Notes under the pieces: model-generated
The model's database searches: none
What the model saw: only the letters and a program-made list of their open reading frames with translations
Told to the model about the DNA's origin: nothing
Shown: piece by piece, positions 52,078-62,534 of the stretch
Position numbering within the stretch: position 1 is the first letter of the stretch
Layout of the letters: every line of letters starts with the position of its first letter
Translations under genes and position numbers: made by a program
Sequence record: ON528734
DNA: 64,000 bases
Direction: 5' to 3' (one strand)
DNA from: Shigella phage ESh24

Positions 52078-52581
52078 ATGGATTTGCAGCTTATTACTAC
52101 TGAAATGGTCGTTGAAGCATACGGTGATACTACAGATGGGATTTCTGTATTTAAAGGAAATCGTCGAGTTGGATATATCACCGATCTTAAGAAAGATTTA
52201 GCTAAGCAAGTCAAGCGGAAAACGACCATTAAAGAATATCGAAATCGTCGTCTTGAGCAAGCCCGTGATATGCTTCCTGATGCGGTTGAGGAGATGAAAG
52301 TCTTTTTAGAAAATCAACTCGCTAAGTATGAGTGCGAAGTATTCATTAATCAGACTCAACCTAATGTTCATATCAATAGCTGCAAATGCTATATCATCGT
52401 TAATCCTTTGACGGGAAAACATCGTCTTGGAATTAGTAATCCAAATCGTAGCGCATCGGATATGGCAGAAGATGTTGAGGCATGCTTTAAAATTTCTAAA
52501 TCTCCGGCTGAACACCATATTTTAATTAACGGTCTTTCTCAAGACGATATTGTAGAGGTTATTAAAACTTTATGCAATTAA
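52078..52581 (+). CDS. alc: Alc-like protein (position of the host transcription terminator alc)
   Basis: 167 aa from second ATG; position between 63 and pseT. Confidence 0.45.
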   Translation: MDLQLITTEMVVEAYGDTTDGISVFKGNRRVGYITDLKKDLAKQVKRKTTIKEYRNRRLEQARDMLPDAVEEMKVFLENQLAKYECEVFINQTQPNVHINSCKCYIIVNPLTGKHRLGISNPNRSASDMAEDVEACFKISKSPAEHHILINGLSQDDIVEVIKTLCN

Positions 52582-52925
52582 GTAATACGACAGCAGGTTT
52601 GCTATTAATTGTAATAGCATTGGGCGGAACATCTATTATTTTAAAAAATAAGGTAGAAAGATTAGAAACATCAGTTACTGAAATTACAAAAACAGCCAAT
52701 GAAAACGCTTTAGCATTAAATAATTTGCGAATTCAGTATAATTATATTGATGCGATGAATAATAAAAATCGTGAGGCAATTGCTGCTATTGAGCGTGAAA
52801 ATGAAAAACTGCGCAAAGACGCAAAGAAGGCGGATGTGGTGGCTCATAAGCCAGGATTGGTTGAAAAACAAATCAACAATTCCTTCAACAAGTTCGCAGA
52901 AGACATCCAGGACCTTTCTAAATGA
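52572..52925 (+). CDS. hypothetical membrane-anchored coiled-coil protein
   Basis: 117 aa, N-terminal TM helix. Confidence 0.45.
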   Translation: MQLSNTTAGLLLIVIALGGTSIILKNKVERLETSVTEITKTANENALALNNLRIQYNYIDAMNNKNREAIAAIERENEKLRKDAKKADVVAHKPGLVEKQINNSFNKFAEDIQDLSK

Positions 52926-53221
52926 TTAAACTATCGGCAGTAATATTATCTATTGGTCTTCTAGTTGGTTGTTCTACAAAGCCTCTAGAAGTAAAGAAAG
53001 AAACAGTTCATCCTAATTGGCCTGTACAAATAAAGTCATATGATGAAGCTAAACTATCTTGGCAAGTTAAAGTTATTGATGGTAAAGCTTGGGTCGGTAT
53101 GCCATTTGAAGATTCCCAGGAATTTCGTATTTGGCTTAATGATGTAAAACGATATGTACATGACCAGAAAACTATGATATGTTATTATCGTCAAGAGCTA
53201 AAAGAGGATAAATGTAAATGA
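52922..53221 (+). CDS. putative lipoprotein
   Basis: 99 aa; signal peptide with lipobox LLVGCS. Confidence 0.45.
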   Translation: MIKLSAVILSIGLLVGCSTKPLEVKKETVHPNWPVQIKSYDEAKLSWQVKVIDGKAWVGMPFEDSQEFRIWLNDVKRYVHDQKTMICYYRQELKEDKCK

Positions 53222-53444
53222 TTTCATGGCATCAATTTGAACATCTCAAAGGATTGATTTATGAATCTGAGATGGCCGCAATGATTTATGGACGCCAGAT
53301 TCAACGATTAGAATCTTTACCTCCAACTAATGATGTTTTATTAGCTCAATCTCGGGTTAATCTTAAAAATGAATATCAAAATAAGTGGGGTAAAGCATCT
53401 AAAGACCTGCATGATTATATTCAATCATTGGTTGAGAAAAATAA

Positions 53445-53448
<4 letters not shown>
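53218..53448 (+). CDS. hypothetical protein
   Basis: 76-aa ORF. Confidence 0.4.
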
Positions 53449-54669
<1,221 letters not shown>

Positions 54670-54670
<1 letters not shown>

Positions 54671-54867
54671 TGGCTTTGCACCATGAAACTTGGGCTATTG
54701 TTATTGTAAATAGCGGTTTAGTTGGTACTAGTAATGGGCAATTTTGTGTATTTACTAGTGAAAATAGAGCATGGGAGGAATGTCTTAAATTAAGAGAAAA
54801 GAATCCTGATGTTGAACTAGTAGTAAAGAAAACTAAACTGCCTTTACCATGGAAAACTTATGAATAA
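54670..54867 (+). CDS. hypothetical protein
   Basis: 65 aa from ATG overlapping pseT stop. Confidence 0.4.
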
Positions 54868-55060
54868 CCTAGAAAAGATTTATCATCTTTGTGATAAAAT
54901 TGAAAAAGAAAAGAAATATCTATTTTGTTTATGGCCTATTGTTGATGGAAGAGTAGGCTTAGATGTTCTTGATTATGAAACAGAAGACAGAGTAGATGGT
55001 TCAACTTTTGATAACGCTTTAGATGTTATTGATTGGCTTGAAGAAAATTATGTGAGGTAA
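54860..55060 (+). CDS. hypothetical protein
   Basis: 66-aa ORF. Confidence 0.4.
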   Translation: MNNLEKIYHLCDKIEKEKKYLFCLWPIVDGRVGLDVLDYETEDRVDGSTFDNALDVIDWLEENYVR

Positions 55061-55062
55061 AT

Positions 55063-55338
55063 ATGTTTCCGACTTACTCTAAAATCGTAGAAGTAGTGTT
55101 TAGCCAAATTATCGCTAATAATATGTTTGAAAAACTTGATAATGCAGCTGAGCTTCGAATCCATGCTCAAGTGACTCATGTATTGAATACTTTGCTTCCA
55201 GACCAGGTGGATTCTGTTGCCATCACGTTGTATCCAGGTTCCGCGCATATCATTGTTGTATTCGGTCTTGATGCTGAGCTAGTCATCAAAGGCGATATTC
55301 GTTTTGAATCGCAGACAGCAGAATTCAAAGCAATTTAA
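55063..55338 (+). CDS. hypothetical protein
   Basis: 91-aa ORF. Confidence 0.45.
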   Translation: MFPTYSKIVEVVFSQIIANNMFEKLDNAAELRIHAQVTHVLNTLLPDQVDSVAITLYPGSAHIIVVFGLDAELVIKGDIRFESQTAEFKAI

Positions 55339-55340
55339 TA

Positions 55341-55370
55341 GTTTACTTTACGGTAGAGTTGTGATATTAT
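55341..55370 (+). promoter_or_regulatory. T4-type early promoter
   Basis: GTTTAC 55341-55346, TATTAT 55365-55370. Confidence 0.5.
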
Positions 55371-55399
55371 AGCTCTACCAAACAAATGAGGAAAACAAA

Positions 55400-55639
55400 A
55401 TGCTGCTAAGTGAAAAACCGATTACTGTTAAAGAATTCCAAGAAAAAGTTAAGTTATTTGCACAGGAATTGGTAAATAAGGTTTCTGAACGATTTCCTGA
55501 AACATCGGTTCGTGTTATTACCGAAACTCCTCGTTCAGTATTAGTAATTGTGAATCCAGGTGATGGCGATCAAATATCGCATCTTAAACTGGATTTTGAT
55601 GGATTAGTTGAAGCACAAAGGGTGTATGGCGTACTATGA
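55400..55639 (+). CDS. hypothetical protein
   Basis: 79-aa ORF. Confidence 0.45.
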   Translation: MLLSEKPITVKEFQEKVKLFAQELVNKVSERFPETSVRVITETPRSVLVIVNPGDGDQISHLKLDFDGLVEAQRVYGVL

Positions 55640-55974
55640 TGAATTTAACTGATATAATTGATAATTGTCTTGAAAATGATACTGGCGATCATAGAGCGCT
55701 TGATTCTGAAACAGCACAGTTCATTAGAATAACTTTAATGAATGATACTCTGGTGAATAGTATTCATCCTTCTGTGTATGATGCTATTATTGTGACGAAG
55801 TATCCAGTTGAGCTTCACAAAAAGATGGTTGGCGCAATTTTTATTGATAAGAAAAACCGCTTTAAAGACGGGCAGAATATAATTAGTTCTATTATTAAAA
55901 GTATAACTAAACTTCGTCACGAAATTTATCGTGTTGAAACTGCTAAATCTGCTTATCTGGTGATTATGAAATGA
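55636..55974 (+). CDS. hypothetical protein
   Basis: 112-aa ORF. Confidence 0.45.
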   Translation: MMNLTDIIDNCLENDTGDHRALDSETAQFIRITLMNDTLVNSIHPSVYDAIIVTKYPVELHKKMVGAIFIDKKNRFKDGQNIISSIIKSITKLRHEIYRVETAKSAYLVIMK

Positions 55975-56552
55975 AAGCGAGTACAGTACTTCAAATTGCA
56001 TATTTAGTATCACAAGAATCAAAATGTTGCTCCTGGAAGGTAGGAGCAGTAATTGAAAAGAATGGACGTATTATTTCTACTGGGTATAATGGTTCGCCTG
56101 CCGGTGGTGTGAACTGCTGTGATTATGCTGCCGAGCAAGGTTGGTTGTTGAATAAACCTAAACATACTATCATTCAAGGTCATAAGCCTGAATGCGTATC
56201 ATTTGGTTCAACTGATCGCTTTGTCTTGGCGAAAGAACACCGTAGCGCTCACTCTGAATGGTCGTCTAAAAATGAAATTCATGCTGAACTAAATGCAATT
56301 TTGTTTGCTGCACGAAATGGTTCTTCTATTGAAGGTGCTACTATGTATGTAACACTTTCTCCTTGTCCAGATTGTGCAAAAGCGATAGCTCAATCTGGTA
56401 TTAAAAAGCTGGTTTATTGCGAAACATACGATAAAAATAAACCTGGCTGGGATGATATTCTGCGAAATGCAGGTATTGAAGTGTTTAATGTTCCTAAGAA
56501 AAACTTGAATAAGTTAAACTGGGAAAATATCAACGAATTCTGTGGTGAATAA
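55971..56552 (+). CDS. cd: dCMP deaminase
   Basis: 193 aa; cytidine/dCMP deaminase Zn motifs HAELNA and SPCPDC. Confidence 0.9.
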   Translation: MKASTVLQIAYLVSQESKCCSWKVGAVIEKNGRIISTGYNGSPAGGVNCCDYAAEQGWLLNKPKHTIIQGHKPECVSFGSTDRFVLAKEHRSAHSEWSSKNEIHAELNAILFAARNGSSIEGATMYVTLSPCPDCAKAIAQSGIKKLVYCETYDKNKPGWDDILRNAGIEVFNVPKKNLNKLNWENINEFCGE

Positions 56553-56789
56553 TGAAATTTCGTTTGGTAAAGCTCACAGCAATTAGTTCTTATTCTAATG
56601 AGAACATCTCGTTTGCTGTAGAGTATAAGAAATATTTTTTTCTCTAAATGGAAACAGTATTATAAAACTGATTGGACTAGTATTGATAGACCATATAGTT
56701 GGAAATCTGATTTAGAAAAATGCCAAAAATTACTTTCCACTCTTAAAGAACGTGGAACAACTCATATTAAAACTGTAATAGGTAAATAA
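56552..56789 (+). pseudogene. small ORF broken by a frame change in a T7 homopolymer (31.2 position)
   Basis: frame stops after 31 codons at 56645-56647 right after TTTTTTT (56635-56641); +1 frame continues 47 codons to TAA 56787-56789 abutting next ATG. Confidence 0.35.
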
Positions 56790-57098
56790 ATGAAACTGAC
56801 AACTGAGCAGAAAGTAGCAATTCGCGAAATTTTGAAAACTAAATTGTCCATGGGTGTTTCAAACGTAGTTTTTGAAAAGTCTGATGGTACTATTCGTACT
56901 ATGAAAGGTACTCGTGATGCAGACTTTATGCCAACCATGCAAACCGGTAAGTTGACTGAATCTACTCGGAAAGAATCTACGGATATGATTCCAGTATTTG
57001 ATGTTGAACTTGGTGCATGGCGAGGTTTTTCTATTGACAAATTGATTTCCGTTAATGGTATGAAAGTTGAGCATTTACTCCAATTTATTGGTAAATAA
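56790..57098 (+). CDS. hypothetical protein (31.1 position)
   Basis: 102-aa ORF. Confidence 0.5.
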   Translation: MKLTTEQKVAIREILKTKLSMGVSNVVFEKSDGTIRTMKGTRDADFMPTMQTGKLTESTRKESTDMIPVFDVELGAWRGFSIDKLISVNGMKVEHLLQFIGK

Positions 57099-57154
57099 AT
57101 GCTTTAAGAATTATTTGTTATTATTAACTCATCTGTTAACAAAAAGGAAAAACG

Positions 57155-57490
57155 ATGTCTGAAGTACAACAGCTACCAATTCGTGCTGTCGGTGAATATG
57201 TTATTTTAGTTTCTGAACCTGCACAGGCTGGTGATGAAGAAGTTACAGAATCAGGACTTATTATCGGTAAACGTGTTCAAGGTGAAGTTCCTGAACTGTG
57301 TGTAGTTCACTCTGTTGGTCCTGATGTTCCTGAAGGTTTCTGCGAAGTTGGTGATTTGACTTCTCTTCCAGTTGGTCAAATTCGAAATGTTCCGCATCCT
57401 TTTGTAGCTCTGGGTCTTAAGCAGCCAAAAGAAATTAAACAAAAATTTGTTACCTGTCATTATAAAGCTATTCCGTGTCTTTATAAGTGA
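57155..57490 (+). CDS. 31: co-chaperonin gp31 (GroES analogue)
   Basis: 111 aa; T4 gp31 length and position next to rIII. Confidence 0.85.
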
Positions 57491-57637
57491 TATAAATAAT
57501 AATATGAATTGGGTGTCGGAATAATAAGTTAACCGAACAATTCTATGTGGTAGTCTACAACTGAGAGATCTGTCGAAAGAAGATGAAATTCAGAAGAACG
57601 TGACTACCGAGTTTTAATCTCTAACGAGAATTTTTAA

Positions 57638-57886
57638 ATGATTAAACAATTACAACACGCTCTTGAACTGCAACGAAACGCATGGAATAATGGTCACGAA
57701 AACTATGGCGCATCTATTGATGTTGAAGCCGAAGCTCTTGAAATCCTGCGTTATTTCAAACATCTAAATCCTGCTCAAACTGCATTAGCTGCTGAGCTTC
57801 AGGAAAAAGATGAACTTAAGTATGCTAAGCCTCTGGCTTCTGCTGCACGAAAAGCAGTTCGTCACTTTGTGGTAACATTGAAGTAA
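57638..57886 (+). CDS. rIII: lysis inhibition accessory protein RIII
   Basis: 82 aa MIKQLQHALELQRNAWNNGHENYG...; T4 rIII length. Confidence 0.8.
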   Translation: MIKQLQHALELQRNAWNNGHENYGASIDVEAEALEILRYFKHLNPAQTALAAELQEKDELKYAKPLASAARKAVRHFVVTLK

Positions 57887-58283
57887 TTTATTGGAGATTC
57901 ACTGCCTTAGTGTGAGCTAAAATCGAGGAGCCATCGAACTGTCTGATTAATGATTTGCGAATCATTATAGTTTTAAGACCCTGGCAGTTTTATGGTGTAC
58001 CTCTTGAATGTTATTTTATAGCGGCAAGTGCATGCTACCCCGAGGTGATGGCCAATCGGGAGTACGCCTTAAGGCCTATATATCCATCAGTATATATCTT
58101 ATCCTCGAGTAATCGGACCCGGAACCTTTAAGCTAACGGTGTGCAACAGATAAGAGCTATAAGGTATGATGACGGGTTTATGGTTATCCTGGTCGTTAAA
58201 TATCCAAAAACCTATGTTCCCCTTGAGGGCTTGCGCAGGCAATGCCAATAAGTCCTGCATTTTCATTTAAAAGAGAATTTATA
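57887..58283. other. 397-bp ORF-free, GC-elevated intergenic segment (candidate structured RNA or decayed insert)
   Basis: no ORF over about 35 codons in any frame; visibly higher G+C than flanks; perfect hairpin TAATGATT-TGCG-AATCATTA at 57947-57966. Confidence 0.4.
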
Positions 58284-58460
58284 ATGGCAAAACAAGCTAA
58301 AGCAAAGAAAGCAGTTGAAAAGAAAGTTGGTGATTCTAAACGCGCTGGTTACAAGCGTGGGTCGAACTCTCGTATCAATCAAACTGTTGAGAAGATCATG
58401 CGCCGAGCACGTGCGGTTCTTCGAGATGATGCTTCTCGTTTTGGTAAGCAGAAAGCATAA
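58284..58460 (+). CDS. hypothetical small basic protein
   Basis: 58 aa MAKQAKAKKAVEKKVGDSKRAGYKRG..., Lys/Arg-rich. Confidence 0.4.
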   Translation: MAKQAKAKKAVEKKVGDSKRAGYKRGSNSRINQTVEKIMRRARAVLRDDASRFGKQKA

Positions 58461-58475
58461 GTTGAGGACTCCTTC

Positions 58476-58499
58476 GGGAGTCCTTTTTTATTTTCCAAA
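58476..58499 (+). terminator. intrinsic terminator (same hairpin as after soc)
   Basis: GGACTCCTTCGGGAGTCC + TTTTTTATTTT. Confidence 0.7.
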
Positions 58500-58513
58500 G
58501 ATTGCATAAAGTT

Positions 58514-58546
58514 GTTTACAGTATGGTTCCTTTGTGATAGTATTAT
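58514..58546 (+). promoter_or_regulatory. T4-type early promoter
   Basis: GTTTAC 58514-58519, TAGTATTAT -10 region. Confidence 0.45.
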
Positions 58547-58596
58547 CTTACACAAACAAAAGAAAAGGGCTTCGGCCCCTTACTGAGGAAAATATT

Positions 58597-58884
58597 ATGT
58601 TTATGACTACTTATTTTGATACCCGTAAAAATTTCTGTGAAGTGGTTTTCTCAAAGGCGCCTAAAGACCTTCCTGCTCATTTGCAACCTACCAGTGAATC
58701 GATTAAAAATTACGTTGATGTGGTTTGTCCTTTAGAATTCCGTACAGTAAATGGGCGTGATACTTTAGCTATCACTAAACTCAATCGTGAAATTGACATT
58801 GACCCTTCAATTGCGAGTGAAATTAACATTTCTGATATTGGCGGTGGTAATGTTAAATCACACGGCTTTCAGATGAGGTTCTAA
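58597..58884 (+). CDS. hypothetical protein
   Basis: 95 aa from ATG 58597, RBS TGAGGAAAA, preceded by GGGCTTCGGCCC hairpin. Confidence 0.45.
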   Translation: MFMTTYFDTRKNFCEVVFSKAPKDLPAHLQPTSESIKNYVDVVCPLEFRTVNGRDTLAITKLNREIDIDPSIASEINISDIGGGNVKSHGFQMRF

Positions 58885-59081
58885 TGAAATTCTTTTTAGG
58901 TCAAACTGTTGAATTAAAGGGAGTTGGTATACCTGGATTAATTTCTAAGGTTCTACCTCCATTTAAATGGAGTGGTATTCAAATAAAAGAGGCTTATATT
59001 GTTTCCTGGGTAGATGGAAATGAAGACCTTCGCATGGGTGATGAATTATCTCCTATTTACGGATTAAAGGAATTAGTATGA
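58884..59081 (+). CDS. hypothetical protein
   Basis: 65-aa ORF. Confidence 0.4.
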   Translation: MKFFLGQTVELKGVGIPGLISKVLPPFKWSGIQIKEAYIVSWVDGNEDLRMGDELSPIYGLKELV

Positions 59082-59284
59082 ATATAATTAATAAGATTTT
59101 TGGAATTCAGTACATTAAGGTCACATATAAAGTAACAGATAAAAATCCATATACTGATGAACATGAAGAACCACGAGTTGAGTCTGTTATATTAGAAAAG
59201 GACCCTAACTGGCCAGTTGAATTTCGTCTTCCTTGCTATGGTCATTGGGCTGATGTTGAAATTATAAGTATTGAAAATGCCTGA
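59078..59284 (+). CDS. hypothetical protein
   Basis: 68-aa ORF. Confidence 0.4.
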   Translation: MNIINKIFGIQYIKVTYKVTDKNPYTDEHEEPRVESVILEKDPNWPVEFRLPCYGHWADVEIISIENA

Positions 59285-59735
59285 GTTAGAGATTAGAAGC
59301 AATTTTAGGTGGCCATCATGTGCATTAAGTAATTTCGCCCAATGGCCTTTCGTTATGGATGGTATTCAATTTGGAGGTCTTGAAGGATTCCTCCAAGGAT
59401 GCAAGGTGAAAAATGTTGAACAACAACGTCGTATATTTGGGTTATCTGGGCTTGCCGCCCAACAAGCTGGAAGGTCTTATGCTAGAGCTCAGGACCGTGG
59501 GACCCTCTTCTGGCTTGGAGTTCCGTTTTCAAGATACTCACCAGCGTGGAAAGAGTTGTACACAAATGCATATTTTGAAGCAGCGATTCAAAACAAGGGT
59601 TTTCGTGATGCATTACAAGCCTCTAAAGGAAAAATTTTGAAGCATAGCATGGCTAGTGGTCTAACAAAAGATGATACAATACTAACCGAAGCTGAATTTA
59701 TTGATGTGTTAAACCTATTAAGAGACTCTCTATGA
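59271..59735 (+). CDS. hypothetical protein (30.3 position)
   Basis: 154-aa ORF. Confidence 0.5.
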   Translation: MKMPELEIRSNFRWPSCALSNFAQWPFVMDGIQFGGLEGFLQGCKVKNVEQQRRIFGLSGLAAQQAGRSYARAQDRGTLFWLGVPFSRYSPAWKELYTNAYFEAAIQNKGFRDALQASKGKILKHSMASGLTKDDTILTEAEFIDVLNLLRDSL

Positions 59736-60571
59736 AGCCTACTATTTTAACTGATATTGATGGAGTATGTTTAAGCTGGCAATCAGGCCTTCCTTATTTT
59801 GCTCAGAAATATAATCTTCCGTTGGAACATATTTTAAAAATGATCCAAGATGAGAAATTTATTTCTCCTGGTAAGCTCTTTAATTGCGATGAAGAACTTG
59901 GTGTTAAATTAATCGAAAAGTATAATCGTTCAGATTTTATTCGTTACTTGTCTCCATATAAAGATGCCCTGTGTGTAATTAATAAATTAAAAGAAGATTA
60001 TAATTTTGTAGCTGTTACAGCATTGGGTGATTCTATTGACGCTCTGTTGAATCGTCAATTTAATTTGAATGCTCTTTTTCCTGGTGCCTTCTCAGAAGTA
60101 ATGATGTGTGGTCATGATTCTTCAAAAGAAGAGTTATTCAAAAAGGCAAAAGAGAAATATAACGTAATTTGTTATATTGACGATCTCGCTCACCACTGCG
60201 ACCACGCGAGTGAAATATTAAATGTTCCTGTTTATTGGATGGCTCGAGGGGAGCGTGACAGTATTCCAAAAACTGCGCAGCGAGTTTATACATGGAATGA
60301 TGTAGAGAATAAGCTTTTTCCATCGAAGGAAAATAAAGAAAGTTTTGATAGTGAAAAAGCTATAAAAGATTTAATTGAGAAGATGGTTAAAAACGATTCT
60401 TTTCCTTGGAACACTACCTGGAGAACGCCTGGATTTAATCCTTATAATCATCCATATCATCCATATCAGACACATCCATTTCAGACATGGAACTATATTA
60501 AACCTGGTGGCATAGAGTATTTGTATAATAGACCTACTGGTGGTGATAATATTTTCCAAGGAGCATTCTAA
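59732..60571 (+). CDS. HAD-superfamily hydrolase-like protein with His/Pro/aromatic-rich C-terminal tail (30.2 position)
   Basis: 279 aa; N-terminal ILTDIDGV (HAD motif I DxDG); tail PYNHPYHPYQTHPFQTWNY. Confidence 0.55.
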   Translation: MKPTILTDIDGVCLSWQSGLPYFAQKYNLPLEHILKMIQDEKFISPGKLFNCDEELGVKLIEKYNRSDFIRYLSPYKDALCVINKLKEDYNFVAVTALGDSIDALLNRQFNLNALFPGAFSEVMMCGHDSSKEELFKKAKEKYNVICYIDDLAHHCDHASEILNVPVYWMARGERDSIPKTAQRVYTWNDVENKLFPSKENKESFDSEKAIKDLIEKMVKNDSFPWNTTWRTPGFNPYNHPYHPYQTHPFQTWNYIKPGGIEYLYNRPTGGDNIFQGAF

Positions 60572-60840
60572 TGTTTGTTGTTCACACTATTTATGAAAAT
60601 GAAGGTAATACTACACGTGATTACGGTCACGTAAATCAATTTTTTAGATGCAATCCAGAATTCCGAGCTCAAAAAGACGAACGAATTTTTAAAAAATGTG
60701 TAGAGCAAGGTTTCATTTACGTTAAGCACTGGATGCAAGGAAATAAAGTTAGAACTACATATCATAAGTCTTTGCCTGAGCTTAATGATGAATTGATTTA
60801 TAATAGAGCTGTAAACCAAACTCTAAAGGATGAACAATGA
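60571..60840 (+). CDS. hypothetical protein (30.1 position)
   Basis: 89-aa ORF. Confidence 0.45.
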   Translation: MFVVHTIYENEGNTTRDYGHVNQFFRCNPEFRAQKDERIFKKCVEQGFIYVKHWMQGNKVRTTYHKSLPELNDELIYNRAVNQTLKDEQ

Positions 60841-62300
60841 TTCTTAAAATTCTGAACGAAATAGCATCTATTGGTTCAACTAAGCAGAAGCAAGCAATTC
60901 TTGAAAAGAATAAAGATAATGAATTGCTTAAACGAGTATATCGTCTGACTTATTCTCGTGGGTTACAGTATTATATCAAGAAATGGCCTAAACCGGGTAT
61001 TGCTACCCAGAGTTTTGGAATGTTGACTCTTACCGATATGCTTGACTTCATTGAATTCACGTTAGCTACTCGGAAATTGACTGGAAATGCGGCAATTGAG
61101 GAATTAACTGGATATATTACTGACGGTAAAAAAGATGATGTTGAAGTTTTGCGTCGGGTGATGATGCGAGACCTTGAATGCGGTGCTTCAGTATCTATTG
61201 CGAACAAAGTTTGGCCAGGTTTAATTCCTGAACAACCTCAAATGCTTGCAAGTTCTTATGATGAAAAAGGCATTAATAAGAATATCAAATTTCCAGCCTT
61301 TGCCCAGTTAAAAGCTGATGGAGCTCGGTGCTTTGCTGAAGTCAGAGGTGATGAATTAGATGATGTTCGTCTTTTATCACGAGCTGGTAATGAATATCTA
61401 GGATTAGATCTTCTCAAGGAAGAGTTAATCAAAATGACTGCAGAAGCTCGTCAGATTCATCCAGAAGGTGTGTTAATTGATGGCGAATTGGTATACCATG
61501 AGCAAGTTGAAAAGGAACCAGAAGGCCTAGATTTTCTTTTTGATGCTTATCCTGAAATTAGTAAAGCTAAAGAATTCGCCGAAGTAGCTGAATCACGTAC
61601 TGCATCTAATGGCATCGCCAATAAATCTTTAAAGGGAACTATTTCAGAAAAAGAAGCTCAATGCATGAAGTTTCAGGTCTGGGACTATGTTCCATTAGTA
61701 GAAATATATGGTCTTCCTGCATTTCGTTTAAAGTATGATGCACGTTTTTCTAAACTAGAACAAATGACATCAGGCTATGATAAAGTAATTTTAATTGAAA
61801 ACCAGCTAGTAAATAACCTAGATGAAGCTAAGGTAATTTACAAAAAGTATATTGACCAAGGTCTTGAAGGTATTATTCTCAAAAATATCGATGGATTATG
61901 GGAAAATGCTCGTTCAAAAAATCTTTATAAATTTAAAGAAGTAATTGATGTTGATTTAAAAATTGTAGGAATTTATCCGCACCGTAAAGACCCTACTAAA
62001 GCAGGTGGATTTATTCTTGAGTCAGAGTGTGGAAAAATTAAAGTAAATGCTGGTTCAGGCTTAAAAGATAAAGCCGGTGTAAAATCGCATGAACTTGACC
62101 GTACTCGCATTATGGAAAACCAAAATTATTATATTGGAAAAATTCTAGAGTGCGAATGCAACGGTTGGTTAAAATCTGATGGCCGCACTGATTACGTTAA
62201 ATTATTTCTTCCGATTGCGATTCGTTTACGTGAAGATAAAACTAAAGCTAATACATTCGAGGATGTATTTGGTGATTTTCATGAGGTAACTGGTCTATGA
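60837..62300 (+). CDS. 30: ATP-dependent DNA ligase gp30
   Basis: 487 aa; adenylation motif KADGAR (motif I); T4 ligase length. Confidence 0.95.
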   Translation: MILKILNEIASIGSTKQKQAILEKNKDNELLKRVYRLTYSRGLQYYIKKWPKPGIATQSFGMLTLTDMLDFIEFTLATRKLTGNAAIEELTGYITDGKKDDVEVLRRVMMRDLECGASVSIANKVWPGLIPEQPQMLASSYDEKGINKNIKFPAFAQLKADGARCFAEVRGDELDDVRLLSRAGNEYLGLDLLKEELIKMTAEARQIHPEGVLIDGELVYHEQVEKEPEGLDFLFDAYPEISKAKEFAEVAESRTASNGIANKSLKGTISEKEAQCMKFQVWDYVPLVEIYGLPAFRLKYDARFSKLEQMTSGYDKVILIENQLVNNLDEAKVIYKKYIDQGLEGIILKNIDGLWENARSKNLYKFKEVIDVDLKIVGIYPHRKDPTKAGGFILESECGKIKVNAGSGLKDKAGVKSHELDRTRIMENQNYYIGKILECECNGWLKSDGRTDYVKLFLPIAIRLREDKTKANTFEDVFGDFHEVTGL

Positions 62301-62485
62301 AAGCTTACTTAGAAACAATTGTCATTGCTCAAAAAGAAGGTGGAGATGTTTCTACTTCTGTATCACAAGTCATTCTCGAATTTGTAGATGCATATGCTTA
62401 TAATAAATTCACAGAAACATTTGATGCCTATGAAAAAGGTCCAAAGTTTGAAATATACCGTACTCTCTTACCACTAGATTACTAA
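62297..62485 (+). CDS. hypothetical protein
   Basis: 62-aa ORF followed by AAGGCCTTCGGGCCTT hairpin. Confidence 0.4.
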   Translation: MKAYLETIVIAQKEGGDVSTSVSQVILEFVDAYAYNKFTETFDAYEKGPKFEIYRTLLPLDY

Positions 62486-62501
62486 AGGCCTTCGGGCCTT
62501 T
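62485..62501 (+). terminator. intrinsic terminator hairpin (same sequence as at 14685)
   Basis: AAGGCCTTCGGGCCTT + T. Confidence 0.6.
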
Positions 62502-62534
62502 AATTTTATAAATAGAATAAACACTAGAGAGGAT

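Noticed and set aside
56552-56647. Programmed +1 ribosomal frameshift at TTTTTTT-CTC-TAA
   Set aside because: The P-site codon CUC cannot re-pair in the +1 frame as in prfB-type sites and no stimulatory SD is upstream; a homopolymer indel is the simpler explanation (kept as a pseudogene finding instead).
58242-58509. Track ORFs 58242-58460 (from upstream non-ATG start) and 58315-58509
   Set aside because: The first is better explained as a 58-aa ORF starting at ATG 58284; the second is an alternative frame overlapping it and running through the terminator hairpin.
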